Assembly (NCBI GenBank): GCA_018693105.1
Contig: JABHLN010000001.1
Span: 4,750-68,749, forward strand
Direction of reading: 5' to 3'
DNA: 64,000 nt
Source: Desulfobacterales bacterium
GTDB taxonomy: Bacteria > Desulfobacterota > Desulfobacteria > Desulfobacterales > SURF-7
The notes under the pieces were generated by a model, which had not been told where the DNA came from, did no database searches, and was given only the letters and a program-made list of their open reading frames with translations. How positions within the stretch are numbered: the first letter of the stretch is position 1; the number at the start of each line of letters is the position of its first letter. Below, one piece after another: positions 47,901 through 55,189 of this stretch. A program made the position numbers and the translations under genes.

Positions 47901-48714
47901 CACCTTCCCTATTCTTGAGTCCCATATATTGAACGGTGAACCAGTAGTACCTTTTGCGCTTATGGCAGAATGGTTCGGACATGGTGCCCTACATGGTAAT
48001 CCGGGTTTACGCCTACATGGAATAGATGATATGCGCCTGCTTAAAGGCATCCGGCTAAACGGCCAAAGCAGGCACATTCAGATTCTAGCCGGGAAAACCA
48101 GAAAAAACGGTTTATTTTTTGAGGTGGATGTGGAACTGAGAAACGGTGATGGTGCTGCCATGATTCATTCCAAAGCAAAAGCGATACTCACAGAAAAACT
48201 TTCTTCACCCCCTGAATTTAGTCACGCTAATAACATGTCATTAAAAGATTATCCAAGAAGCATGGATGAAGCATATGAAAAAATTCTTTTCCACGGTTCG
48301 CAGCTAAAGGGCATCAAAGAAGTTATAGGTTATTCCTCCAAAGGCATGACAGCCAGATTATCTTCGGCGCCAGATCCTGAAAAATGGATAACTGATCCTT
48401 TAAGAAGCGGTTGGATAGGTGACCCGCTTGTTCTTGACTCTGCTTATCAATTGGCAATCCTTTACTGCTTTGAGGAAACAGGTGTGGTCTCTCTACCTAG
48501 TTACAGTGCAAGCTACAGGCAATACAGTCAGTCATTTCCTCCAGACGGTGTTACAGCAGTGCTTGAAGTGACGGAGCTGACCGATCATAAAATGACAGGG
48601 GATTTCACATTCCTTGATTCAGACAATACGGTTGTAGCAACCATATCTGGTTATGAAGCGGTAATGGACATATCCCTGAACAATGCGTTCAAGCCTGAAG
48701 GGATAAAGGTATAG
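41950..48714 (+). CDS. pfaA: PfaA-like iterative type I synthase: KS-AT-ACPx3-KR-DH
   Basis: 2254 aa. KS: DAACASS, EAHGTGT, NIGH. AT: GQGSQ, GHSFGE, AAFHS. Three ACPs with LGIDSIKRVEILS. KR: TGGARGVT and a YAMAN region. PKS-type DH: H-x3-G-x4-P (HILNGEPVVP). TTG start. Confidence 0.9.
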   Translation: MKHDKKKIKPDIPVAIIGIGCLFPKAAGVKEYWRLLYHGEDAITEVPETHWSIKDYFHSDPKTPDHTYCKRGGFLSPVSYDPSEFGIPPNLMEATDTSQLLGLIVAKMALEDAGYKKEGAFDREKTSVILGVTGTQELVIPLGARLGHPIWRRALEDSGATPEMTEEVISRISEAYVPWQENSFPGLLGNVIPGRISNRFNLGGTNTGVDAACASSLSAINLAVLELISGRNDMVITGGVDTLNDIFMHMCFSKTSVLSHTGDAKPFSQDADGTVLGEGIGMVVLKRLEDAVKDDDRIYAVIKSIGTSSDGKSGSIYAPNSTGQKKALQMAYRNADVSPATIELLEAHGTGTRVGDAVEFQALKEVYSDAGSRPGNCALGSVKSNIGHCKASAGVAGLIKAALSLHHKVLPPTLKVGNPDPKLSIEKSPFYLIKKSRPWFSLYDHPRRSGISAFGFGGSNFHTILEEYEPSKNKISWNATIEIVALSASTKNKLKERLASFSEQIEKISAKENFSFSEISFPASKTRGSFSSNDKYRLLMVLERSDKKSSHSDSDDNKNYDFINVFKKSLHALESDNPDDLKNIENVFYGESEKPGQVAFIFPGQGSQYVDMGKDLICTFPEAQSALEDANRNFLSENKGTLGNFIYPHNTNDNTPGNTKGKKRLEDALRSTDIAQPSIGAISLSMLNVLQSFGIRPDAVCGHSFGELTALCCAGRINVETFYSLSTSRGRFMAATGGAQGSMLAVKAPLDEIDNIIEENNIDVILANRNSYEQGILSGSKDAVSEAEKICRQKGFRTTPLPVAAAFHSRLVEDAAKPFKKFLKSIDIISSDIPVLSNTTGKPYPDDQDETKKILGNQFLKPVDFVSEIENLYETGVHTFVEIGPKTVLTGLVKSILKGRDFTAVAMDGSAGRRFGISDLAKVLCNLASLGYGVEIDRWEETPPEPEKQNMSIPISGANYWLPPKPKPKKGPQPVIESKPETEKTYTQKILKSNYSNKPVIDKTRLMSDETKIKDDYISNALNVVQESIRSMQALQKQTAEAHSKFLETQTEAAKTLQVMMGQTQRMAEATIGIGSSEVTQKDSRETTFETQYDNRPDENINNRDLDPQPYVANKPALPDRSIIPESNGIDAHDSGQSTSISADIEKNMLDIVAHLTGYPVEMLGMEMDIEADLGIDSIKRVEILSTLEEKMPDLPAVSPEAMGELKTLGQIVDYLSQGAVNDKSSEGKTIRSDGPGNTEIETNLLDIVSNLTGYPVEMLDTNMDIEADLGIDSIKRVEILSTLEEKMPNLPAVSPEAMGELKTLGQIIEYLLAGAEKDTLTTEEHAHKNITASGSSSAKIEKELLDIVAQLTGYPVEMLGSDMDIEADLGIDSIKRVEILSTLEEKMPDLPAVSPEAMGELKTLGQIVDYLSGGGEEKTKPAPHDLDSSKIVETVSPNVEEKDREPKTTLERQTISIVETPFSQRVKINIPESKTIYITKESSGLSEAIAAELDSRNISSDIITSKQIKKILKGDKVLKNVGGLIIIAGQDNDDDIWNKKIQAFLKNSFVLAKHCAPGLIKSSESENGGAVFATITRLDGCFGFKGKGVKNPLQGGLAGLSKTASIEWENVACRAVDIDPSWRDNKEIADAIVSELLNDTTTIEIGLTPERRYTLKLKKSGAPDGKTVLIENDVVVITGGARGVTAACAQALAEQIKPVIVLLGRSPEPKPEPEWLKGLTIESHIKKGILENEFKDKKTTPKKIEKSYQRHYANREISKTLEELKEKGVEAFYYSADVRDQEVMNKTFDKIREKHGPVKALIHGAGILEDKFITDKSLKQFERVYDTKTKGLRVLLEATKDDSLKYIVLFSSVSARQGNKGQVDYAMANEVLNKVAHYKSVLLPECKIISINWGPWDGGMVSPLLKNEFRRNNIELIPVDTGARYMVNEMKNSRENPVEIIIGATMHPDNKDENIEPVIKKIKRSLPESKKMALSFNRDVNIDTFPILESHILNGEPVVPFALMAEWFGHGALHGNPGLRLHGIDDMRLLKGIRLNGQSRHIQILAGKTRKNGLFFEVDVELRNGDGAAMIHSKAKAILTEKLSSPPEFSHANNMSLKDYPRSMDEAYEKILFHGSQLKGIKEVIGYSSKGMTARLSSAPDPEKWITDPLRSGWIGDPLVLDSAYQLAILYCFEETGVVSLPSYSASYRQYSQSFPPDGVTAVLEVTELTDHKMTGDFTFLDSDNTVVATISGYEAVMDISLNNAFKPEGIKV
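45380..46195 (+). repeat. Three tandem ACP-coding repeats (period about 290-300 bp) inside pfaA
   Basis: Units at about 45380-45606, 45667-45895 and 45969-46195. Protein units are nearly identical. DNA differs mainly at synonymous sites, with identical stretches such as CTTCCTGCTGTTTCACCTGAAGC. Confidence 0.9.
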
Positions 48715-48746
48715 TTAACAACCATGCCTTCGGCAGGGCTGCTAAC

Positions 48747-48791
48747 GGTTTAATTAGTTTAATTGGTTTAATTGGTTTGATTGATTTGATT
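48747..48791. repeat. ATTGGTTT-type satellite array
   Basis: GGTTTAATTAGTTTAATTGGTTTAATTGGTTTGATTGATTTGATT, between the convergent 3' ends of pfaA and the ADP-ribosylglycohydrolase gene. Confidence 0.6.
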
Positions 48792-48795
48792 CCTG

Positions 48796-49569
48796 TCAGA
48801 ATAGTACCCGGAATTTTGTATTAAATTCATCAATAATTTCAAGGAACTCATCTGGAAGTCTTTTCCTTGCATTTGTTATAATCTCTTCTGGAATCTTATT
48901 GTAAAATGCCTGGGCAATACCTCCGGCAATACAGGCCATAGTATCACTATCACCACCGAGAGATATACCCTTTCTGATTGCATCCTCAACATTTTCCGAT
49001 TCAAGAAAAGCAACTATTGATTCCGGTACAGAGCCCTGACATGAAACGTCAAAGCTGTATTCAGGCCTTATTTCATCAAGTTTCCGATCAAGGTTATAGA
49101 CAAATCTTTGAGATATTTCTTTCTTGATTGACTCTTTACTTTCACCATTTACTGCAAGGAAAATTGAAAGAGCTGCAGCCTGAGCACCTTTAATTCCTTC
49201 AGGGTGGTTATGAGTTACAGAAGCACATTTTTCAGCTTCACTAAGTACATCTTTTATTGAATTAAACGCATATCCCACAGGGCTTACTCTCATGGCAGAC
49301 CCGTTACCCCAACTATTATATGGTCCTTCAGAGGAATATATCCATTGGTAAAACGACATACCGTAACCTGCTTCCGGATATTTCCTTCCAAATTTCCTGT
49401 AGGATGTGACATAATCAACACCGTTAAGAATAGAAAAAGCAGTCGCAACAGTTAATACGGTGTCATCTGTAAAGGTAGAATGATTTGAGAAAAGCGGGAA
49501 GTTTATAGTCTTTATAGGCCGCCCTTCATAAACAGAACCTATTATGTCCCCTGCTATCGATCCAATCAT
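48796..49569 (-). CDS. ADP-ribosylglycohydrolase family protein
   Basis: 257 aa. The N-terminus GSIAGDIIGSVYE...FTDDTVLT and the C-terminal GGDSDTMACIAGGIA motif are typical of the ARH family. Confidence 0.75.
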   Translation of the reverse strand: MIGSIAGDIIGSVYEGRPIKTINFPLFSNHSTFTDDTVLTVATAFSILNGVDYVTSYRKFGRKYPEAGYGMSFYQWIYSSEGPYNSWGNGSAMRVSPVGYAFNSIKDVLSEAEKCASVTHNHPEGIKGAQAAALSIFLAVNGESKESIKKEISQRFVYNLDRKLDEIRPEYSFDVSCQGSVPESIVAFLESENVEDAIRKGISLGGDSDTMACIAGGIAQAFYNKIPEEIITNARKRLPDEFLEIIDEFNTKFRVLF

Positions 49570-49584
49570 TATTGTCTCATTTAA

Positions 49585-50031
49585 TCAAACTATACGTTCC
49601 CACAGCAGAACCCCGACCATATCATTCTTCCCGAGTTTCATGGGATGAGTTTTAAGTGTTAAATTTCTTTCATTGATTTCAAAAAATCTTTCCTGCTCGC
49701 TGCCTATCCAGTTTGGAAGGAGACTTCCTTCAACATAATGAGTAACTATACCTTTTACATTATCAACCTTGTACTTACCGTAATATGCTGTATAGCCCTC
49801 AAAGGCCTCCCTGATTTCCTGAGGTGTCCCTTTTAAATGCTCATCCGAGTTAAACACCGACCGATCTGAACGCATCAGGTGCGCTGACATATAACCGCAA
49901 CGGTCATACGTGAGAAGCCCTTTTGCGTTCTCTCCCAGCGGATAAGCCACTTCACCATCTTCTGTGGTTCTGAACTCTGAAGAAACAAGCGTCCAGGTTC
50001 CAATGAACAATTCATGTGTACTAATATTCAT
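49585..50031 (-). CDS. Lipocalin-like domain protein
   Basis: 148 aa. FIGTWTLVSSEF...GLLTYDRCGYMSAHLM is typical of bacterial lipocalin-like (PF13924-type) proteins. Recognition from memory. Confidence 0.55.
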   Translation of the reverse strand: MNISTHELFIGTWTLVSSEFRTTEDGEVAYPLGENAKGLLTYDRCGYMSAHLMRSDRSVFNSDEHLKGTPQEIREAFEGYTAYYGKYKVDNVKGIVTHYVEGSLLPNWIGSEQERFFEINERNLTLKTHPMKLGKNDMVGVLLWERIV

Positions 50032-50105
50032 AGAATTCTCTATTTAGGGTACTTATCTTCAATGCTCAACAAATTGACAGTATGGGTAAATACCCGTTAA
50101 GATTC

Positions 50106-50621
50106 CTATATCTTGCCCAGAATTTCACGTGCAAAAGTCTTTGCATTTACTTCATCTTCAGTATTTGGGTGTTCTTTCATGCCATTGATTAAAGTTTCCC
50201 ATTCATCATCAGGAACATTTTGTGCCTGTTTTATCATATCGTGTAATTCAGGTGTAAGAAATCCCTGGCAGTTATAACATCCTAAAAAGTTGTAGCCTTT
50301 ACTTTTGCTTCCATCTTCAAGGTTTTTCAATCCAGTTTCAAAATTCTTCTTGTCATATATATCTCCTGCATGGGTCACAAATCCGGCAACAGCACCACCT
50401 GATGATTCAGGTAGTTCACTTACAAACTTATTAACCTGTTCAGCAAGCCCCCCGGCATGAATAGGTGAACCAACAAAAAGCAGATCAGCCCCCGTACAAT
50501 CAGCTGGAGTTATATCATCAATTTTTTTCAACTCACAATCATGAGAAATCTCATCATGTATTGCCTTTGCAATCTTTTCGGTATTTCCGGTCTGACTGAA
50601 ATATGTAATTAAAATTTTCAT
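50106..50621 (-). CDS. Flavodoxin
   Basis: 171 aa with the FMN-binding N-terminus MKILITYFSQTGNTEKIA. Confidence 0.8.
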   Translation of the reverse strand: MKILITYFSQTGNTEKIAKAIHDEISHDCELKKIDDITPADCTGADLLFVGSPIHAGGLAEQVNKFVSELPESSGGAVAGFVTHAGDIYDKKNFETGLKNLEDGSKSKGYNFLGCYNCQGFLTPELHDMIKQAQNVPDDEWETLINGMKEHPNTEDEVNAKTFAREILGKI

Positions 50622-50672
50622 AATATTACCTCCCTATTTAAAAATGATGCACTCGTAAAAAGTTAAATTAAT

Positions 50673-51527
50673 TTATTCAGGCCATTCACGTATCAATCCT
50701 TCCTGTGCGACCGAAGCAACAAGAGTTCCGTCACGCGTGAAGATATTACCGCGGGCATAACCTAATGCTCCGGATGCATTAGGGCCGTCTTTTGAATAAA
50801 GAAGCCATTCATCCATTCGAAATTTTCTATGAAACCACATGGCATGATCAAGACTTGCTATCTGTATATTTTTTGAAACAAAAGTAATACCGTGCGGCAA
50901 CATTGCTGTACGCAAAAGACCGAAATCCGAAGCAAACGCCAGCACAGCCCGATGAATTATTGTATCATCAGACAATTTACCTGTTGCACGAAACCATACA
51001 TTATCTTCCGGTTGTCTTATCTCAGGATTAAAAGGATCGATAGGATTAACAGGCCTGATATCAATCGGCCATTTACGAAAAAATGTATGACGGAAGTTTT
51101 CAGGAATTTTATCTACGACCTGTTTTCTGAGATCAAGTTCGCTCAGCAGATTTTCCGGTCCTTTAACATCAGGCATTTCAATCTGATGATCAAATCCTTT
51201 TTCTTCTTTATGAAAAGATGCGGATAGATGAAAAATTGCCCTTCCGTGTTGTATCGCAACCACCCGCCTTGTATTAAAGCTGTTACCGTCACGAATTCGG
51301 TCGACATCATAAATAATCGGTACCGCCATATCACCGGGTCTGAGGAAATATGCATGTAAAGAATGAACATTACGGTCGTCTTCGACCGTTCGCCAGGCAG
51401 CCATCAAAGCCTGTCCCAATACCTGACCTCCGAAAACGCTTTGAACACCGACATTCTCACTGTCACCTCTAAAAATATTTTCTTCAATTTTTTCGAGATC
51501 CAGTAGTTCTTCTAAAACGTTTCCCAT
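50673..51527 (-). CDS. tesB: Acyl-CoA thioesterase II (TesB-like, double hotdog)
   Basis: MGNVLEELLDLEKIEENIFRG is a typical TesB N-terminus, and GGAGG precedes the ATG at 51527. The 26 extra codons in the ORF track (to 51605) are encoded by a family B repeat fragment. Confidence 0.8.
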   Translation of the reverse strand: MGNVLEELLDLEKIEENIFRGDSENVGVQSVFGGQVLGQALMAAWRTVEDDRNVHSLHAYFLRPGDMAVPIIYDVDRIRDGNSFNTRRVVAIQHGRAIFHLSASFHKEEKGFDHQIEMPDVKGPENLLSELDLRKQVVDKIPENFRHTFFRKWPIDIRPVNPIDPFNPEIRQPEDNVWFRATGKLSDDTIIHRAVLAFASDFGLLRTAMLPHGITFVSKNIQIASLDHAMWFHRKFRMDEWLLYSKDGPNASGALGYARGNIFTRDGTLVASVAQEGLIREWPE

Positions 51528-51570
51528 GGTACCTCCGTTATTAAATGATTCAGAAATCTGGTCTTTATCA

Positions 51571-51625
51571 TTTGAGGATGCCTCGCTATCAAACCTAATC
51601 TGCATTTTCGAGATCGGTTATATTT
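51571..51625. repeat. Fragment of family B element (3' end)
   Basis: GAGGATGCCTCGCTATCAAACCTAATCTGCATTTTCGAGATCGGTTAT parallels 5941-5990. Confidence 0.55.
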
Positions 51626-51710
51626 TCATTGTTTTGACGATAAAATCATTCAGGAGCAGTGGAGTTTCTTTCCACATGCCTGAAGCAGGAGAAGAAAATA
51701 AATTACAAGT

Positions 51711-51733
51711 CAGCCCCGCCAGGCGGGGCTAAC
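51711..51733 (-). terminator. GC-rich hairpin, possible terminator of the thiolase gene
   Basis: AGCCCCGCC/GGCGGGGCT palindrome. On the minus strand it is followed by a moderately T-rich tract (GACTTGTAATTTATTTT), which is not a clean U-run. Confidence 0.35.
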
Positions 51734-51751
51734 ATAAACGAAAATACCGAC

Positions 51752-51812
51752 TGGTAGTTTATCAGGAGTGAGGACATATATGAAGTATATCAAACTTCCG
51801 ATAAACCACTCT
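51752..51812. repeat. Family A-like core hairpin only
   Basis: GGTAGTTTATCAGGAGTGAGGACATATATGAAGTATATCAAACTTCCGATAAACCACT parallels the family A core (for example 6079-6130). Confidence 0.5.
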
Positions 51813-51857
51813 AATCCGGTCATACCGCTAACACAGAATTAAGCATGCTATAAAACC

Positions 51858-53093
51858 TTAAACTGCTTCGACAACTGTGGCTATACCAATTCCGCCGCCA
51901 CCGCACATCATCTGGATACCAGCCCGTCCTTTTGTGCGTTTTAGATGATGAGCCATTTCACCAAGGTACACGATACCTGAAGCCCCTATGGGATGTCCTA
52001 ATGCAATAGCACCTCCTGTAGGATTTACACGAGGGTCATCATAATCATAACCAAATTCATCAGCAAACGCCAGGCATGGTGATGCAAAAGCTTCATTAGG
52101 CTCTATGATATCCATATCATCCATTGTTTTCCCTGCTCGCTTAAGAGCTTTTTTCACTGCAGGTATCGGGGCAAGGAGCATGGGTACAGGATCACCTCCT
52201 GCTGAAGCACAACCGGTTATTTTACAAAGGGGTTCAAGACCCAGTTTTTCAGCTTTTTCCGCAGTCATTAAAAGAACTGCAGCAGCCCCGTCAACAATCT
52301 GAGATGAATTGCCCGCCGTTACCATGCCGCCTTCTTTAAATGGAGGTTTAAGTCCTCCAATATCCTGCATAAAACCTTCAGGATCTTCAACGGCTTTGGA
52401 TCTTAAAACTTCATCCTTTACTACCACTCTTTTCTCCCCTTCCCATGTATATTCAAAAGGTATAATATGATCCGAAAAGAGTCCGTTCCTTTCTGCCAGA
52501 ACGGCTTTTTGCATACTCAACATACCGAATCGATCAAGCTGTTCCCGTGTATGCCCGTCTGCTTCTGAAATCATTTCCGCGCAGAGCCCCTGGGGCACAT
52601 TCATCTGAATTTCTTCAATTCTTGAAGTCATTCGCACAGGATAATCGGCCTGCATAGCTACATACACATCAGAGCCCATACCATAATGGGACATAAGCTC
52701 AACCCCTGAACAAAGTATTATATCGCCGTCCCCAACTTTGAGAGCCCGTGTTGCAAAATTAACAGCCTTGAGTCCTGCATTGCAGTACTGGTTTACAGTA
52801 CAGGCGGAAACTTCATTTGGAATTCCTGCCAAAAGAGAGGCAAATCTTCCAATATTTGACCCCTGTTCCCCAATCTGGCTAAGGCAGCCAACAATAACAT
52901 CCTCAATTTCCCGCTCATCAAAGTTTGGTGCTTTCTCCTTAACCCTGTCAAGAAGCCCGCGCATCGTTGAAGCCAGAAGTTCCTGGGCAGAAGCCTGACA
53001 AAGCTGGCCGTTCTTTTTCATACCTTTTACACCTGATTTGCCAATTGGGCTTCTGACTGCATCTACGAGTACAACTTCTTTAATTTTTGCCAT
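51858..53093 (-). CDS. Thiolase-family acetyl-CoA C-acyltransferase
   Basis: 411 aa with an active-site Cys region (NQYCNAGLKA) and C-terminal GHPIGASG and CGGGGIG motifs. Confidence 0.85.
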   Translation of the reverse strand: MAKIKEVVLVDAVRSPIGKSGVKGMKKNGQLCQASAQELLASTMRGLLDRVKEKAPNFDEREIEDVIVGCLSQIGEQGSNIGRFASLLAGIPNEVSACTVNQYCNAGLKAVNFATRALKVGDGDIILCSGVELMSHYGMGSDVYVAMQADYPVRMTSRIEEIQMNVPQGLCAEMISEADGHTREQLDRFGMLSMQKAVLAERNGLFSDHIIPFEYTWEGEKRVVVKDEVLRSKAVEDPEGFMQDIGGLKPPFKEGGMVTAGNSSQIVDGAAAVLLMTAEKAEKLGLEPLCKITGCASAGGDPVPMLLAPIPAVKKALKRAGKTMDDMDIIEPNEAFASPCLAFADEFGYDYDDPRVNPTGGAIALGHPIGASGIVYLGEMAHHLKRTKGRAGIQMMCGGGGIGIATVVEAV

Positions 53094-53109
53094 TTTTTGT
53101 CTCCTTTTT

Positions 53110-53138
53110 AACTAATTGAACAAATGAAACTAATTAAT
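53110..53138. repeat. ATTAGTTT-type satellite (reverse orientation) just 5' of the thiolase RBS
   Basis: The reverse complement reads ATTAATTAGTTTCATTTGTTCAATTAGTT, which matches the 4321-4352 array. Confidence 0.45.
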
Positions 53139-53184
53139 AAAATTACCGATCAAAATTTTGCTTTGTTATACTAAGGTTTTATTG

Positions 53185-53835
53185 TCAATTTTTGATGCTT
53201 CTTCCCATATAATATAGTCCGTTTGACTTGTGTCCGTTCATTGTTTTATATTCTGTACTTTTCAATAAAATTTTCTTAAAAACAGAATTCAATTTTATTA
53301 TCCACTCCTTTGTATGATGCCTCAGCACAGCTCCTTCAGGCAACTCAAATACACCGTACTTTTTATATTTCCCCTCGTATTTTTTATAACGCTCGATATT
53401 CCTCACATCATCATTTATTATAAAATCATTCAAGTAAAATATACCCCCCGGTTTCAGAACTCGATTGATTTCTTTTACAAGCCTTTTTTGATTATCATCT
53501 TCCGCAATACATGTCAGTACTGCAATAATTATGACGGCATCAAAGGAATCATCATAAAATGGAAGTTCAGAGCTATTATTTACTCTAAGGTCCAGAAACG
53601 GATGTTTATCTTTGCCACTTTCTACCATCTTTTCAGAAAAGTCAACTCCGATGAGTTTTTTGTAACCGCTAAAGTATAATTCATTTAATGTACGCCCGTA
53701 ACCGCAACCAACATCAAGAATATAACTGTTCTTTGAAACATATTCAGCAAAAAGACTCATCTGAAAAGGTGTGGTGAATTTTTTATCTCCAGCCACACTG
53801 TCCCAGAAGTCTTTTTGATTTAACTTATCATTCAT
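53185..53835 (-). CDS. Class I SAM-dependent methyltransferase
   Basis: 216 aa with motif I ILDVGCGYGR and a post-I acidic residue. Methyltransf_11/25-like. Confidence 0.75.
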   Translation of the reverse strand: MNDKLNQKDFWDSVAGDKKFTTPFQMSLFAEYVSKNSYILDVGCGYGRTLNELYFSGYKKLIGVDFSEKMVESGKDKHPFLDLRVNNSSELPFYDDSFDAVIIIAVLTCIAEDDNQKRLVKEINRVLKPGGIFYLNDFIINDDVRNIERYKKYEGKYKKYGVFELPEGAVLRHHTKEWIIKLNSVFKKILLKSTEYKTMNGHKSNGLYYMGRSIKN

Positions 53836-54064
53836 AGTTTTTCATATTCTCAGAAGGATAGTAATAAGGAGATTGATTAGGGGTCTGTTTTACTTTAACG
53901 AAGCGAAACAGATGTATTTGGGTCCAATTTCAGCGAGATTATCAAAAAGCCAATAAAATCTTGTTTTATTTAAAAAACGACTGAGTCGTAAGTCCATGAA
54001 TACAGGACTAAAGTTTCAGATGACCTACCTTTAGGCAATAATTCCAATGCAGAACCACAGGAAA

Positions 54065-55186
54065 TTAAATAATCTCATCCATGAGTGATTCCATAAATGC
54101 CTCAACCTTTATCTGAAGACGTGGGATATTTCCCACCTCTTCGGCTTCTATGCTCATCATCTTGATTCCTTTTTCCTTAGCCTTTATTTCAACTGCAGGA
54201 TATGAAAACATGTATGGGTCACAATATTTTTCAACTAACCATATCATTCCATCTGCATCGGATTCTTCAGCCATGCCGGTTAAACTGTCAACTATCTTTG
54301 CCATAGGGAACTTACCCGGGAAAGGGATTTTTTCAAGGTAATGAGTTGCAAGTGATCCCAGAGGATCGGGACCTGACTCAACTGTGTCCCAGCAGTATCT
54401 CATGCCATAACTGAAATTATCCATCACCACATGTCCGCCGCACTTTTCAATCACTTCAATTACAGTATCAGCCTCTTCAATGGCGTTACTTACAACACAT
54501 ATATATACATCGCCCTGATCATTATCAATATCCGGATTTTCATGGTAATTTGAAATTATATTCTCAAGCATCCGGTTGTGCTCATCTTTCGGAAGAACCA
54601 GGCCCGCCTTTATTATATCAATTATATCACTTCCTGATATTGATGAATCAGAAAAACTTCTTAACTCATAAAGCTTTTTCATCAGGTTACGATTTTCGTT
54701 ATACACTTCTATTGAATGAATAAGACGGTCATCGGTTATTTCATTTCCGGACATCTCCTCAAGGAAACTTTTAAAAATTTTGAGTTCTGATATAAAAAAA
54801 TCCCTTGATGTTTTTTTTGAGGTTGCAGGAACCTGCAGGAAGTGTGATTGGGGCATGCCTGAATTAAGTTTCCAGACTCCGTAAAACCCTCTGGATGCCT
54901 CACATGCATGAGCCAACACAGAGCCGTCGAGATAGTCAAGTTTTCCGGTCATGGCCTGTTCGAGACAATCTTTAAGATGAGTACATATAAAATCGGGAAG
55001 ACAGGTTTTTGTCTCTGTCAGGGGCAGATTAGTAGTAAACAACTGGACTGGAAGTATTCCTGCAGCATATATCATTTCTTCAGGAGTCAATGCGCTAAAG
55101 TAACCTAAAACCTTATTCCCACTCTTTTTCCACTCGGCAGCAACATTATCCCTGTTGTTAAAAACTTTTTTAAATTCAGAAAACAT
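54065..55186 (-). CDS. HGD-D family subunit (2-hydroxyacyl-CoA dehydratase / benzoyl-CoA reductase B/C-like)
   Basis: 373 aa. The N-terminal region KKSGNKVLGYFSALTPEEMIYAAGILPV is typical of the family. 3-nt gap from its paralogous partner. Confidence 0.75.
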   Translation of the reverse strand: MFSEFKKVFNNRDNVAAEWKKSGNKVLGYFSALTPEEMIYAAGILPVQLFTTNLPLTETKTCLPDFICTHLKDCLEQAMTGKLDYLDGSVLAHACEASRGFYGVWKLNSGMPQSHFLQVPATSKKTSRDFFISELKIFKSFLEEMSGNEITDDRLIHSIEVYNENRNLMKKLYELRSFSDSSISGSDIIDIIKAGLVLPKDEHNRMLENIISNYHENPDIDNDQGDVYICVVSNAIEEADTVIEVIEKCGGHVVMDNFSYGMRYCWDTVESGPDPLGSLATHYLEKIPFPGKFPMAKIVDSLTGMAEESDADGMIWLVEKYCDPYMFSYPAVEIKAKEKGIKMMSIEAEEVGNIPRLQIKVEAFMESLMDEII

Positions 55187-55189
55187 TAT

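Noticed and set aside
51528-51605. N-terminal 26 codons of the ORF-track thioesterase model, and the analogous 37717-37767 extension of the aminopeptidase
   Set aside because: These codons are encoded by repeat-element DNA. For tesB, a GGAGG RBS precedes the internal ATG at 51527, and that start matches the canonical TesB N-terminus. The aminopeptidase start is less certain.
53972-53989. Small hairpin ACGAC-TCA-GTCGT followed by T6 on the minus strand after the HGD-D gene
   Set aside because: A 5-bp stem with a 3-nt loop is marginal for an intrinsic terminator. It is noted only as a possible operon boundary in the 229-bp gap.
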